This document shows, one piece after another, positions 14,337-26,397 of a stretch of 64,000 nucleotides of DNA. This DNA comes from the human T2T-CHM13v2.0 reference genome, Homo sapiens, in assembly GCA_009914755.4 (NCBI GenBank), contig CP086569.2, positions 21,504,001 through 21,568,000 on the forward strand, given 5' to 3'. Each line of letters starts with the position of its first letter. Position 1 is the first letter of the stretch. A model generated the notes under the pieces. The model saw only the letters and a program-made list of their open reading frames with translations, did no database searches and was not told the origin of the DNA. The position numbers and the translations under genes were made by a program.

Positions 14337-14340
14337 ACAG
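14337..14340. repeat. target-site duplication ACAG (5' copy) of the HERV-E-like provirus
   Basis: ACAG sits immediately 5' of LTR start TGAGGAGAG at 14341. An identical ACAG follows the 3' LTR at 23156-23159. Confidence 0.7.
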
Positions 14341-14757
14341 TGAGGAGAGAGGCCCTTTCTCCTACTGTCCCCTGTCTCCAAAGAACAGGAGAAAGTGAAA
14401 ATTGAAAAATAGCGGCTGATCGGTGCCACTGGCCAGGCCTGTAGGTTAAAGATTAACGCCCACCCTAACTGCTTGTGCTATCTATACATAACAGACAATG
14501 GTATGGAGAAATACTTGCCCTGCTTCTCCCTACCGCTAACATATGTGGACATAGTCATGCACACCATGCTTGCTGAATCTATCATGACCCTTTCACGTGG
14601 ACCCCTTAGAGTCGTAAGCCCTTAAAAGGGTGAGGAACTCTTTCTTCAGGGAGCTCAGTTCTTGAGATGCAAGTCCGCTAACACTCCCAGCCAAATAAAG
14701 CCTCTTCGTTCTTTAATCTGGTGTCTAAGGGTTTTGTCTGTGGCTCATCCTGCTACA
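14341..14757 (+). mobile_element. 5' LTR (417 bp) of HERV-E-like provirus
   Basis: Starts TGAGGAGAG and ends CTGCTACA. Contains AATAAA (caaataaagcctcttc). About 85% identical to the 3' LTR by eye. Confidence 0.8.
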
Positions 14758-14762
14758 TTTCT

Positions 14763-14780
14763 CGGTTCCCTGACTGGGAA
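14763..14780 (+). promoter_or_regulatory. primer-binding site, tRNA-Glu type (HERV-E signature)
   Basis: cGGTTCCCTGACtGGGAA versus the tRNA-Glu 3'-end complement TGGTTCCCTGACCGGGAA: 16/18 match. It lies 5 nt after the LTR terminal CA. Confidence 0.65.
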
Positions 14781-15462
14781 AGGAGGTGGTTGACAGATGG
14801 TCAAGGCAGCCCCTTAGGCAGCTTAAGCATGCCCTGTGGAGCATCCCTGTAAGGGACCCCAGTCAACTTGGGTGACGCGGATCCTACGAGCACTGCCAGG
14901 TAGGCATTTGCTCAGGTAAAACACCTCATTGGAGTGGTGCAAGGCAGGACCCCGCAGATGATCAGTGCAGCTGCTGAACACCGGGAAGGAACCTGACACT
15001 TGGAGTCCAGACATCTGGAACATGGTAGGACTAATCCTGGGAACTTGCCCATTCCATTTGAGTGGAAGCATGGCCTGATCACCCATGATGTGCCTTTATA
15101 GGCAGTTTGGTCTCAGTTTTTATTTTGATTTGGCTTGGCTTATTTGAAAAAAGGGAAAGTAAATGTGAATGAATGCTTGTGTTTGAGATGGACACCTGAT
15201 GGACAGTGGTCACTGTCTAAAGTGAGTGTTGAGCCCCAAGCTGCAGTTCTGTAGGATACCTCATATGGCTAAGTGGTAGTTTGTGCTGGCACCTGGTACC
15301 AGTCTTTCTAAGCTAAGAGGATCTGAGATTCCCACGAGGGAAGTGACCAGTGATGGGAGAGTCGAGTGAGTGAATGCTTTACCCTTTCCCTTCTTGTGGC
15401 ATGAGAGTTGTTTTTCTCTCCAGGTGGAAGACGGGTGAGAGACAAAGTAAGCCCACTCCATT

Positions 15463-16960
15463 AGGAACTATGTTAAAGAATTTCAGGAAAGGTTTTAATG
15501 GAGATTATGGAGTTACTATGACCTCAGGAAAACTTAGGACGTTGTGGGAGATATATTGGCTAGCATTAGAAGTGGCTTGGCCAAGAGAAGGAAGCCTAGA
15601 CAGGTCTCTTGTTTCAAAAGTACGGCACAAGGTAACAGGTATATCAGGACATATATCAGGACACCCAGACCAGCTTCTATACATAGATACCTGGTTACAG
15701 CTTGTATTAGCCCCCCACCAAGATGGTTGAGAGGACAGGCCGCAACAGTACTAGTAGCTACGGGACAGACAGCCAAGGAAGAATCCCACTCCACCAGCCA
15801 AGGAAAGTCAGCTCCTAAAGTCCTATCTGACAAGACATCAGAGGATTCATGGCAAGAAATAGCGCCAGTGACACTCACCTTTCATCAAGAAGGAAAGCTT
15901 CTCAATCCTAAGCCCAGTGTGCCTGAGCTTCCACAAGGCTTCATACACCTAAACCACCCAGAGTAGAGAAGGAAGGATGTGAGACCTTGGGAGAGACCCC
16001 CTCCCTTGGTAGCCTGTTTGAGGCCTAGAACTGGGACACAAATGCCCCTGAGAGAGCAACTGTATACTGAGGTAGACAAGGATGGTCATATGGTGGAAAG
16101 GCATGCCTTTGTTTACCAACCCTTCATCTCTGCTGATCTCAACTGGAAAAACAATACTCCATCCTATATTGAAAATCCTCAAGCTATAATTGATTTGCTC
16201 CAAACTATAATCAAGACCCACAACCCTACTTGGGTTGATTGCCACCAGTTGCTCATGTACCTCTTCCACACAGATGAAAGGAGGAGAGTGCTCCAAGCAG
16301 CAACTAATCACTTGGGGCAATTAGTTGGAGAACATGTTCTGGCTGATTACCAAAACCCCTAAGAGTACATACGGATCCAGTTACTAGAAAAAGACCCCCG
16401 GTGGGACTCAAATGAAAGACTGGGTATGCAAAGCCTAAACAGGTACAGGGAAGCCCTCTTGGAAGGGTTAAAGAAGAAAGTTCAGAATAACTCAAATGCT
16501 AACAAGGTCTCTGAAGTAATTCAGGGAAAAGAAGAAAGTCCAGCACAATTCTATGAGAGACTGTGTGAGGCCTATTGTATGTATACTCCCTTTGATCCTG
16601 ATAGTCCTGAGAATCAGTGCATGATTAACATGATTTTAGTTAGTCAAAGCGCAAAAAACATTAGAAGGAAGCTGCAAAAAACAGGCTGGGTTTGCAGGTA
16701 TGAATATACTTCACAGCTGTTGGAAATATGTTATCAGGTGTTTGTGAACAGAGATATGGTAAGCCATAGAGAGACTTGCAAAGAGAATGAGTGCCAGGCC
16801 AGACAGAATGCCGACTTGTTAGTTGTGGCTATGGTGAAGAAGGGGAGGTCCTGGAAAAAATACCCAGTCCAATCACCCATGCATGCAGTGTAACCAGTGT
16901 GCTTACTGTAAGGAAATAGGACATTGGAAGGACAAGAGCCCCCAGTTGAAAGGGGAACAA
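15463..16960 (+). pseudogene. gag (MA-p12-CA-NC) remnant, frameshifted with stops
   Basis: ORFs 15374-15730 (MA; GHPDQLLYIDTW resembles MLV HPDQVPYIVTW) and 15979-16362 (CA N-terminus; ADLNWKNNTPS…THNPTWVDCHQLL). ORF 16426-16893 has the major homology region QGKEESPAQFYERLCEAY…SQSAKNIRRKLQK. A degenerate zinc knuckle CAYCKEIGHWKDKS sits at ~16893-16950. Confidence 0.8.
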
Positions 16961-16999
16961 GGTGACTCTGAGCAGGGGGCCTCAGACAAGGATGAAGGA

Positions 17000-17430
17000 G
17001 TCTTGTTCAGTCTTGCAGAAGGGTTATTGGACTAAGGGGGACTGGGCTTAGGTGACCCCAACAAGCCCATTGTCAGGATGACAATCAGGGGCAAGGACAT
17101 TGAGTTTCTTGTTGATACTGGTGCTGAACATTCAGTAGTAACCACCCCAGTCACCCCCTTATCCAAAAAGAATATTGATATAATCAGAACCACAGGGGTT
17201 TCCGCAAAGCAAGCTTTCTGTTTGCCCCAGTCCTGCAGTGTGGGTGGGGGTGGGGGGAGTGGGGCATGAGCTAATTCACCAGTTCCTGTACATGCCTGAC
17301 TGCCCCTTGCCTTTACTTGGAAGGGACCTACTTAGCAAGCTGACAGCCACTATCTCTTTTACAAAGCACAGCTCTTTACAGCTAAAGTTACCTGGAATGG
17401 GAGTCATAGTGGCCCTTTCGCTTCCTTAGG
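17000..17430 (+). pseudogene. protease remnant
   Basis: ORF 17078-17269 reads TIRGKDIEFLVDTGAEHSVV, with the aspartyl-protease DTGA active site. Confidence 0.8.
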
Positions 17431-17439
17431 AGGAAGGGA

Positions 17440-20400
17440 GACTCTACATAACTGAGCCAGGCCAAGAGATAGGACCAGCTGTGGCTAAGTGGTGGCCAAG
17501 GGTGTGGGTAGAAGACAACCTTCCAGGGTTGGCAATCAATCAGGCCCCTGTACTCATAGAAGTTGAGCCTGCAGCCCAGTTGGCCAGGCAAAAGTAGTAC
17601 CCAGTCTCCAGAGAAGATCTTGAGGGCATCCAGGTCTATCTCAAGTGCCTAAAGGCCTTTGGAATTATAGTCCCTTGTCAGTCTCCATGGAACACTCCCC
17701 TCCTACCTGTTCCCAAGCCAGGGACCAAGTACTACAGGCCAGTACAGGATTTGCACTTGGTCAACCAAGCTACAGTGACTTTGCATCCAATGGTACCTAA
17801 CCTGTACACATTGTTAGAATTCCTGCCAGCTGAGGACAACTTATTCACCTCCTTGGACCTGAAAGATGCTTTCTTTAGCATCAGACTAGCCCCTGAGGGC
17901 CCAAAACTGTTTGCCTTTCAGGGGGAGGATCCAGGGTCAGGTGTCATCACTCAGTACACTTGGACACGGCTCCCCCAAGGGTTCAAGTACTCCCCCACCA
18001 TCTTTGGGGAGGCACTGGCTCAAGACCCCCAGAAGTTTCCTTCCAGAGACCTAGGCTGCGTGCTGCTCCAGTATGTCGATGACCGCCTGCTGGGACAACC
18101 CATGGCAGTCTGGTGCACCAAGGGAATATACCCTTCTCCAACACCTGGAGAACTGTGGGCATAAGGTATCCAAGAAGAAAGCTCAGCTCTCCAGACAGCA
18201 GGTACGTCAGCTGGGATTTACTATCTGACAAGGGGAGCACAGCCAGAAAGAAAGCAAGTCATTTGCAACCTGCTGGAGCCTAAGACCAGAATGCAGGTGA
18301 GAGAATTCTTAGGAGCAGTAGAATTCTGCAGGTTGTGGATCCCAAACTTTGCAGTATTGGCTAACCCCGTGTATGGAGTCACAAAGCGGGGTGAAAAGGA
18401 ACATTTCAAATGGGGATCCCAACAGCAATGAGCTTCTCATTAGTTAAAAGAAAACCTCATGTCAGCCCCAGCCCTGGGGCTACCTGACCAGACAAAACCT
18501 TTTACACTATATGTGTCAGAGGGAGAATAAATGGCAGTTGGAGTTTTGACCCAGAGTATGGGGCCCTGGCCAAGGCTGATGGCCTAACTCTCTAAACAAC
18601 TAAAGGGGGTTTCTAAGGGTTGGCCCCATATTTGAGGGCCTTGGCAGCAACAGCCCTGCTAGCAAAAGAAGTGGATAAGCTAACTCTTGGGCAAAATCTA
18701 AACATAAAGGCCCCCCATGCTGTGGTCACTTTAATGAATACCAAAAAACATCATTTGCTAATGAATGCTAGACTAACTAGATACCAAATCTCGCTCTGTG
18801 AGAATCCCTGCATAACCACTGAAGTTTGCAACACCCTGAACCCTGCTACCTTGTTTCCAGTATCAGAGCCCAGTTGAACATGACTGTGTAGAGGCGTTGG
18901 ACTCAGTTTATTCTAGCAGACCTGACCTCTGAGACCATCTTTGGACAACAGTAGACTAGGAGCTGTGCATGGATGGGAGCAGCTTCATCATCCCACAAGG
19001 AGAGAGGTGTGCGGGATATGCAGTGGTAACCCGCACATTGAAATGCTGTCATTGAAGCCAAATCGTTGCCCCAGGGCACTTCAGCCCAGATGACCGAACT
19101 TACTGCTTTAATTCAGGCCTTAGAGCTAACTGATGGTAAGATTGTAAACATTTACACTGACTCTGGGCATGCCTTTTTAACTCTCCAAGTACATGGGGCA
19201 TTATACAAGGAAAAAGGCCTGTTGAACACTGGGGGAAAATACATAAAAGATCAGCAAGAGATCCTGCAATTATTAGAGGCAGTGTGGAGACCCCGAAAGG
19301 TGGCAGTCATGCATTGCAGAGGACACCAGTGAGCTTCCACCTCGATTTCCCTGGGGAACTCCCAAGCTGACTCAGAGGCTTGAAAATCAGTATCCACCCC
19401 CTACTGGGCATCAGTCACAGCCCCCCTGCTCCCTCAGGCACCTGACATTGTACCTACTTATTCTAAAGAAGAGAAGGACTTTCTTCAGGCAGAAGGAGGG
19501 CAAGTGATAGAAGAGGGAGGGATTTGGTTATTGGGCAGAAGAATAGCCATGCCGCAAATGCTAGGAGCCGCAGTCATACTGGCTGTGCATGAGACCATCC
19601 ACCTAGGACAAATGTCATTTGAAAAGTTGTTAGGCTGGTACTTCTACATCTTGCACCTGTCAGCCCTTGCGAAAACAGTGGTGCAGCAGTGTGTCACCTG
19701 CTGGCAACACAATGCTAGGCAAGGTCCAACAGCCCCTCCTGGCATACAGTCTTATGGAGCAGCCCCCTTTGAAGATCTCCAAGTAGACTTCACCGAGATG
19801 CCCAAACATGGAGGCAACAAGTATTTGCTAGTTCTAGTGTGTACATACTCTGGGTGGGTGGAGGCCTATCCAACACGGACTGAGAAAGCTTGTGAAGTAA
19901 CCCGCATGCTTCCCCGAGATCTCATCACTAGGTTTGGACTGCCCTTATGAATCAGCTCAGACAATGGCCCAGTGTTTGTGGCTGACTTGGTATAGAAGAC
20001 AGCAAAGCCATTGGGGATCACATGGAAACTGCACCTACCGACCACAAAGTTCTGGAAAGGTGGAGCGGATGAATCGCACTATCAAAAATAGTTTAGGGAA
20101 AGCGTGTCAAGAAACAAGATTAAAGTGGGTACAAGCTCTCCCTATGGTATTGTTTACAATTAGATGTACCCCTTCTAAAAGAATAGGATATTCCCCTTAT
20201 GAAATATTATATCATAGCCTCCTTCCCATACTATGGGGACTCCCAGGCACTCCTCGAGAGCTAGGTGAAATTGAGTTACAGTGACAGCTACAGGCTTTAG
20301 GGAAAATTACACACAATTTCAGCCTGGGTAAATGGGAGGTGCCCCATCAGCTTATTCTCCCCAGTTCACCCTTTCTCCCCAGGTGATCAGGTGTGGATCA

Positions 20401-20504
20401 AGGATTGGAACATAGCCCCCTTGTGGCCACAGTGGAAAGGACCCCAGACCAACATCCTGACCACTCCCACAGCCATACAGCCTGGATCCACCACAGCTGC
20501 ATAA
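17440..20504 (+). pseudogene. pol remnant (RT - RNase H - integrase), multiple frameshifts
   Basis: ORF 17751-18164 has LDLKDAFFSIRLAPE, LPQGFKYSPTIFGEAL and LLQYVDD (YVDD at ~18069-18083). RNase H DGSS is at ~18961. ORF 19504-19950 has the IN HHCC (HETIHLGQ…CVTCWQH) and a DDE core. ORF 19934-20284 is the IN C-terminus, which ends at TAA ~20504. Confidence 0.8.
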
Positions 20505-20633
20505 AACCTGCAGCACCTGTCACCTGGAAGGTGAGACCAAGCCCAGATAATCCCTGCAAAGTGACTCTGAAGAAGATGACAAGCCCTGCTCCAGTCATAT
20601 GTGGAAGCTGACTGGTCCATGCATGGCTGAAGC

Positions 20634-21962
20634 ATGAGGAAACTCATCATGGGCCTCATTTTCCTTAAAATTTGGACTTGTACAGTAAGGACTTCAACTG
20701 ATCTTCCTCGGACTGAGGACTTTTCCCAGTGTATACATCAAGTTACTGAGGTAGGGCAAAAGGTTAAAACAGTCTTTCTGTTCTATAGTTATTATGAATG
20801 TACTGGAACTCTAGAGAAGAACTTGTCTATATAATTCCACTCTATGAAAGTTATGTAGCCCAGGAAGTGACCAGCCTGATGTGTGCTATAACCCATCTGA
20901 GCCCCCTATGAATACAGTTTTTGAAGTAAGATTGAGGACTGGCAACTGGGGAAATGCTGATATGAGTACAGTAATAACTAGAACAGAAGAAAAAGAATTC
21001 CCAAACAAATTATCTTAAAATTTGATGCCTGCGCGGCAATCAACAGTGACTTGTATGGAAATAGAATAAGATGTGGCTCTCTAGATTGGGAAAGAGGTTA
21101 TATAGTAGAAAATAAGCATGTTTGTCATGAATTAGGACTGTGTAGTGATGAATGTAGTTACTGGTCCTGTGTCATTTAGGCCACCTGGAAAAAAGATGAG
21201 AAGGACACTGTTCACCTTCAAAAAGGAAAGAGTAACTCTTCCTGTACTAGTGCTCACTGTAACCCATTAGAACTACTAATTGCCAATCCCCTCGATCTCT
21301 GTTGGAAAACAGGAGAGTATGTAACTCTAGGAATCAATGGAACTGGACTGGATCCCCAAGGAAATATTTTAGTCCAAGGGTACGTCCACAGGTGCTGTCC
21401 CAAACCAGTGTTTCAGACCTTTTATGATGAGCTGAATCTGCCAGCACCAGAGCTTCTGAAAAAGACAACTTATTTCCCCAGTTAGCAGAAAATGTAGCTC
21501 ATTTCTTCAATGTTACTTCTTGTTGTGTATGTTGGGGAACCACTGTGGGAGACCAATGGCCTTGGGAAGCCTGAGAATTGGTGCCTACTGATCCAGTTCC
21601 TAACATAATTCCAGTCCAGAAAACCCAAACTAGCAACTTCCGGGTTTTGAAAACCTCAATTATTGGACAATACTGAATAGCTAGAGAAGGAAAAGACTTC
21701 GCCATCCCTGTAGGAAGGCTCAATTGTCTAGGACAGACGCTGTATAATAGCACAACAGGGACGGTCTCCTGGTGGGATGTAAACCATACTGAAAAGAATC
21801 CCATCAGTAAATTTGCTAAATTACAGACTGCTTAGGCCCCTCCAGAATCTCACTGAGACTGTACGGTTCCCACTGGACTATACTGGATATGTGTAGGTAC
21901 AGAGCCTATACTCAGTTACCTGATCAATGTGCAGGTAGTTGTGTCATTGGCACCGTTAAGCC

Positions 21963-21997
<35 letters not shown>

Positions 21998-22711
21998 GCC
22001 CATAAAAACAGGTGAGCTCCTAGGTTTCCCTGTCTGTCCCTCCTGGGAAAAGAGAAGCATAGCTATAGGAAATTGGAAAGATGATGAGTGGCCCCCCTGC
22101 CAAAGGATCATACAGTAGTATAGGCCTGCCACATAGGCACAGGACAGCTCATCGGGATACCAAACCCTCATCTACATGCTCAGCCAGATCATATGATTAC
22201 AGGCCATCTTAGAAATAACCACTAATGAAATTGGCAGAGCTTTGACTCTTTTATCCTGGCAGGAAACCCACATGAGAAATGTCATCTATCAAAATAGATT
22301 GTCCTTAGACTATTTGCTCGCAGCCAAAGGAGTCATCTGTGGAAAATTCAACTTGCCTAATTGCTGTCTGCAAATAGATGATCAAGGACAAGTAGTTGAA
22401 AATATAGAGACATGACTAAACTGGCACATGTGCCCATGCAGGTTTGGCATAGGTTTGATCCTAGATTCCTGTTTGGAAAATGGTTTCCAGCTCTAGGAGG
22501 ATTTAAAACTCTTGTAATAGGAATAATAATAGTGTTAGGAACCTGCATGTTACTCCCCTGTAAGTTACCCTTATTTCTGCAGTTACTAAGAAGCTTCATT
22601 ACCACCTTAGTTCATCAAAAGACCTCAGCACAAGCATATTACATGAATCACTATCGATTTATCTCACAGGAAGATTTAGACAGTGAGGATGAGAATGAGA
22701 ACTCCCACTAG
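20634..22711 (+). pseudogene. env remnant (signal peptide-SU-TM), disrupted
   Basis: ORF 20634-20834 starts MRKLIMGLIFLKIW (signal peptide). The TM region at ~22240-22400 translates to …[29 protein letters not shown], which is immunosuppressive-domain-like with CX6CC. ORF 22412-22711 gives the membrane anchor and cytoplasmic tail, ending at TAG 22709-22711. Confidence 0.75.
21967..21994. repeat. poly(T) ~28 nt inside env SU region
   Basis: ccatcc followed by T×28 then actgcc. Gives poly-K artefact ORF 21956-22171 (-). Confidence 0.9.
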
Positions 22712-22725
22712 TGAGTGAGGTTCTC

Positions 22726-22736
22726 AAAGCGGGGAA
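22726..22736 (+). promoter_or_regulatory. polypurine tract
   Basis: AAAGCGGGGAA lies immediately upstream of the 3' LTR start TGAGGAGAG (22737). Confidence 0.6.
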
Positions 22737-23155
22737 TGAGGAGAGAAGCCATTTCTCCTACTGTCCCCTGTCTCCAAAGAAAAGAAAGAAGAAAAAACTG
22801 AAAAATAACAAACTGATCAGTGCCACTGGCCAGGCATGTAGGTTAAAGATTAACCCCCACCCTAACCACTTGTGCTATCTTCAGACTACAGACAATGGTG
22901 TGGGGAAATACTTGCCTTGCTTACCCCCACCGCTAATGTATGTGGACACAGTCATGTACCTCATGCTTGCTCAATCTATCATGACCCTTTCACATGGACC
23001 CCTTAGAGTTGTAAGCCCTTAAAAGGGCCAAGAACTTTTTCTTCAAGGAGCTTTGTTCTTGAGACGCAAGTCTGCCGGTGGTCCTGGCCAAATAAAGCCT
23101 CTTCCTTCTTTAACGCAGTGTCTGAGGAGCTTTGTCTGTGACTCATCCTGCTACA
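22737..23155 (+). mobile_element. 3' LTR (419 bp) of HERV-E-like provirus
   Basis: Homologous to the 5' LTR over its full length. It shares ccatttctcctactgtcccctgtctccaaagaa, …ctgatcagtgccactggccagg…, cccttagagttgtaagcccttaaaaggg, caaataaagcctcttc and tcatcctgctaca. Confidence 0.8.
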
Positions 23156-23159
23156 ACAG
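23156..23159. repeat. target-site duplication ACAG (3' copy)
   Basis: ACAG immediately follows the LTR terminal CA and matches 14337-14340. Confidence 0.7.
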
Positions 23160-24187
23160 AACAACTCAAATTTTCTGCGTCCTTAACCATGATGATCCTC
23201 AATCTTTTTATTTGACAAAACAATTATTTTATTTTGATTGTTCTCAAAAAGTGGTTATAATCAATCACACTTTAAAATTATATTATTTCCAAAAAATAAA
23301 TTTGTATTTTATAAATTAAAATCAAAATATAAAAATTTTATATTGTTTCTGATAACTTTAGAGATTATATGATTAGAGTAGATAAAAACTTACAAAATGC
23401 TAAAAAAGAAATGCTGATATGTTCATACATGTTGCTAACACCAAGTAGAAAAAAATTAACTAAAGGGGATAAAACTGAGAAAATAGTCAAATAATTGTTG
23501 TAATTTTACTTTAAACTATTGCTGCTTTATTTTGTGTTTTTTGCCAAAGTTAAGAAAACCTTATTTCTTTTTATGCTATTTATAACTTGTAAAAATGATT
23601 AAAATATACTTTTATAAGACAAATTAAAGCTTTTGCCTTTATCTCTATCTAAAGTCTTCAAAATTCAAACACTATTTTATGAATCTTCTGATTTTATGAA
23701 AAGATAGTTATGTATATGAATTCAATAAAAAAGAGATCTGTACTTTCCTGGTAGCAGCACACAATTGGAGTCATTAGAAATTTTACCAAGGCATTGATTT
23801 AAAATGAATATTTTCAAATTTGACCAGACTGCTTCAAAAATGATTTGACTTTATGGAGATCATAAGAAGTCGTTTAAAAAGACTTGCCTTACTTCTAGTC
23901 TACACTGCTTATAGTTTTCCTGACCTTTTACCCAACAAGCTTGTTATAGACAACTTGATATAAACTTAAAAAGTTGGAGCTTATATATAAGCAAGTTTAA
24001 GGCCTCTTGAGTATAAATTACTCAAGGATCTCCAAGGAAGACTTGAACTATAACCCAAAAAGTTTGTCAAAATGCCATTTAAACTAAAAATGTTTCTGAG
24101 ATTCTTAAAAACTAGTTTTTAGACTAATTAGTTCATTAGGGTTTTTATTGTTTTCATAAAAATAAATTTTATTCAAAATATTTTTAT

Positions 24188-24447
24188 GGCCAGGCATGGT
24201 GGCTCACACCTGTAATCCTGGCACTTTGGGAGGCTGAGGTGGGTGAATCATGAGGTCAGGAGTTAGAGACCAACCCATCTCTACTAAAAGTACAAAAAAT
24301 TATCTGCGGATAGTGGTGCTCACCTGTAGTCCTGGCTACTCAGGAGGCTGAGGCACAAAGATTGCTTGCACCCAGGAGGTGGAGGTTGCAGTGAGCCAAG
24401 ATCACACCACTGCACTCCAACCCTGGTGACAGAGAGAGATTCCCTAT
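24188..24447 (+). mobile_element. Alu (AluS-like), tail replaced by TA-rich sequence
   Basis: Runs ggccaggcatggtggctcacacctgtaatcc…ccctggtgacagagagagattccc. Confidence 0.85.
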
Positions 24448-24842
24448 ATATACATGTATATATATTTACATCGATCATATAGTGAGTCTTAACTGTGAGA
24501 GACATTTTGCAATGCCATCTTTTGAAGTGAAATACATTTGTTTAATTTTACTGATATATTCTCAGGAATCAGAGATTAATTCAACAAGATATTAAATAAA
24601 ATACATAATATTTATTCTTTTCTACTTATCACAATCTTTTCCCCCTTCTTTCTATGTCTCTTATCAAAACTTCTGACTTAAGCTTCTCAAACTCTGCTTT
24701 TAATATCTCAAATGTTCTAAATGTAAAAGTTTTATAGAGAGGACTGAAGGAAATCAAAATATTTTACTTTGAAATATTTTTATTTGATATATTTGAGATG
24801 GCTATGCAAAGGGCCTGCAAGGAGAAGAAATCCTCAAAGCTG

Positions 24843-24870
24843 TTTTTTTTTTTTTTTTTTTTAAAAAAGA
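24843..24870. repeat. T20 followed by A8 homopolymers
   Basis: Sequence is tg T×20 then aaaaaaga. Confidence 0.9.
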
Positions 24871-25415
24871 GTCATATTTGCATAGAAAATTTACATTAAT
24901 GCAGCCAGACTTAGAAATACTGAGTGACAAATTTAAAAAGCTGGAAAAAAAAATGTACTATTCTATCTGAGGACTGCCTTCTATGAGATTTAATCTATAT
25001 AACAAGATAAAGTTTGCTAGCTAGGCCTTCTCTTCTCCTCTTTCTATAACTTAAGCATCTTTAGTTCTAGTTGCAATTTGACATAATTTTTTGGATTATA
25101 GTTTGCTCACTGTAACTTGTTTTTTCATGCTTCAAGCATCCATTTTTTCCTCTAAGCTCAATTAGTATAAAAGCATTAAAGATCTGGCTGTTTATTTGAA
25201 TTTTTATGTTTTATATAATGCTCATACATGTTAATAAATTTATATACCCATTTATTTTTCAAAATGGCAGACAGGAGGTAGTGTTAGCATGCCTTTCACC
25301 CTTGAAAGAAAAAATAGAGGGTAGAAATTCACACTATGAATTGTTTTTTTCAAGTACCACTTTGAATCTTAATAGGAAAACTGAAAGAATCCACACAACC
25401 TTTAAAAGAAGTGGC

Positions 25416-25734
<319 letters not shown>

Positions 25735-26397
25735 AGTGGCAAGCTGATTCCTACTCTATGAAGCAGGTAAAAAAATGTTTCCAGAGTGTTAAAGTTAGAA
25801 AGCCTGCATCTGAGCACACAACCCTAGGTAATCTGAACATCCAGATTACAGGAGAAGCCCTTAACCCTACCCAAAGAGATTTAGGGGGCCACATGAAATG
25901 TAAAAGTAGAAGCAGCAGCAGAAAGAACCTTGTACGCATTCCTAGTATCCAGCATGAGCTGAGGGAAGTCATCCATGACTACAACTCACAAGGGCCTTCA
26001 TGAAAGTCAAACAATGAGATCAGGGAGTGTCACAGTGTGGAAGGAGCTCCCAAGTGAATTTTGTAATTCTCTAAATGGGGAGAAACTTCCTCGAACACAA
26101 CTGGGGACAAGTGTGAGGATACTGTAGACAGGAGCACAGGAGCTGGGCAGCCAGCTTCACATGAAGACATAGAGGGTCATGGAATAGAAATCAAGGTTGT
26201 TATCTCTGCAGGGAAGCTTACAAAGTGGGGAAGATCTGAGTTGTGTGTGCAAGCTACCTGGATTTAAACAAGGTGCTGTTAATGGGGCACTGTTCAGGTG
26301 AGACCAGCTTTGTCAGGTTTTTGGGACCTGGGTGAGGCTTATAATTTCCTGCTACTCCCCACACCATTTGTGAACTTTACTGCCCAGCAGAGGCAGT

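Larger units (their letters stand above)
14341..23155 (+). mobile_element. structurally complete class I (gammaretrovirus-like) endogenous provirus, HERV-E-like: LTR-PBS(Glu)-gag-pro-pol-env-PPT-LTR, all ORFs disrupted
   Basis: Two homologous LTRs (14341-14757 and 22737-23155), both TG…CA. The PBS is 16/18 to the tRNA-Glu complement. The gag CA major homology region, pro DTGA, RT LKDAFF and YVDD, IN HHCC and env TM are all recognisable. Flanked by a 4-bp TSD. Confidence 0.85.
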
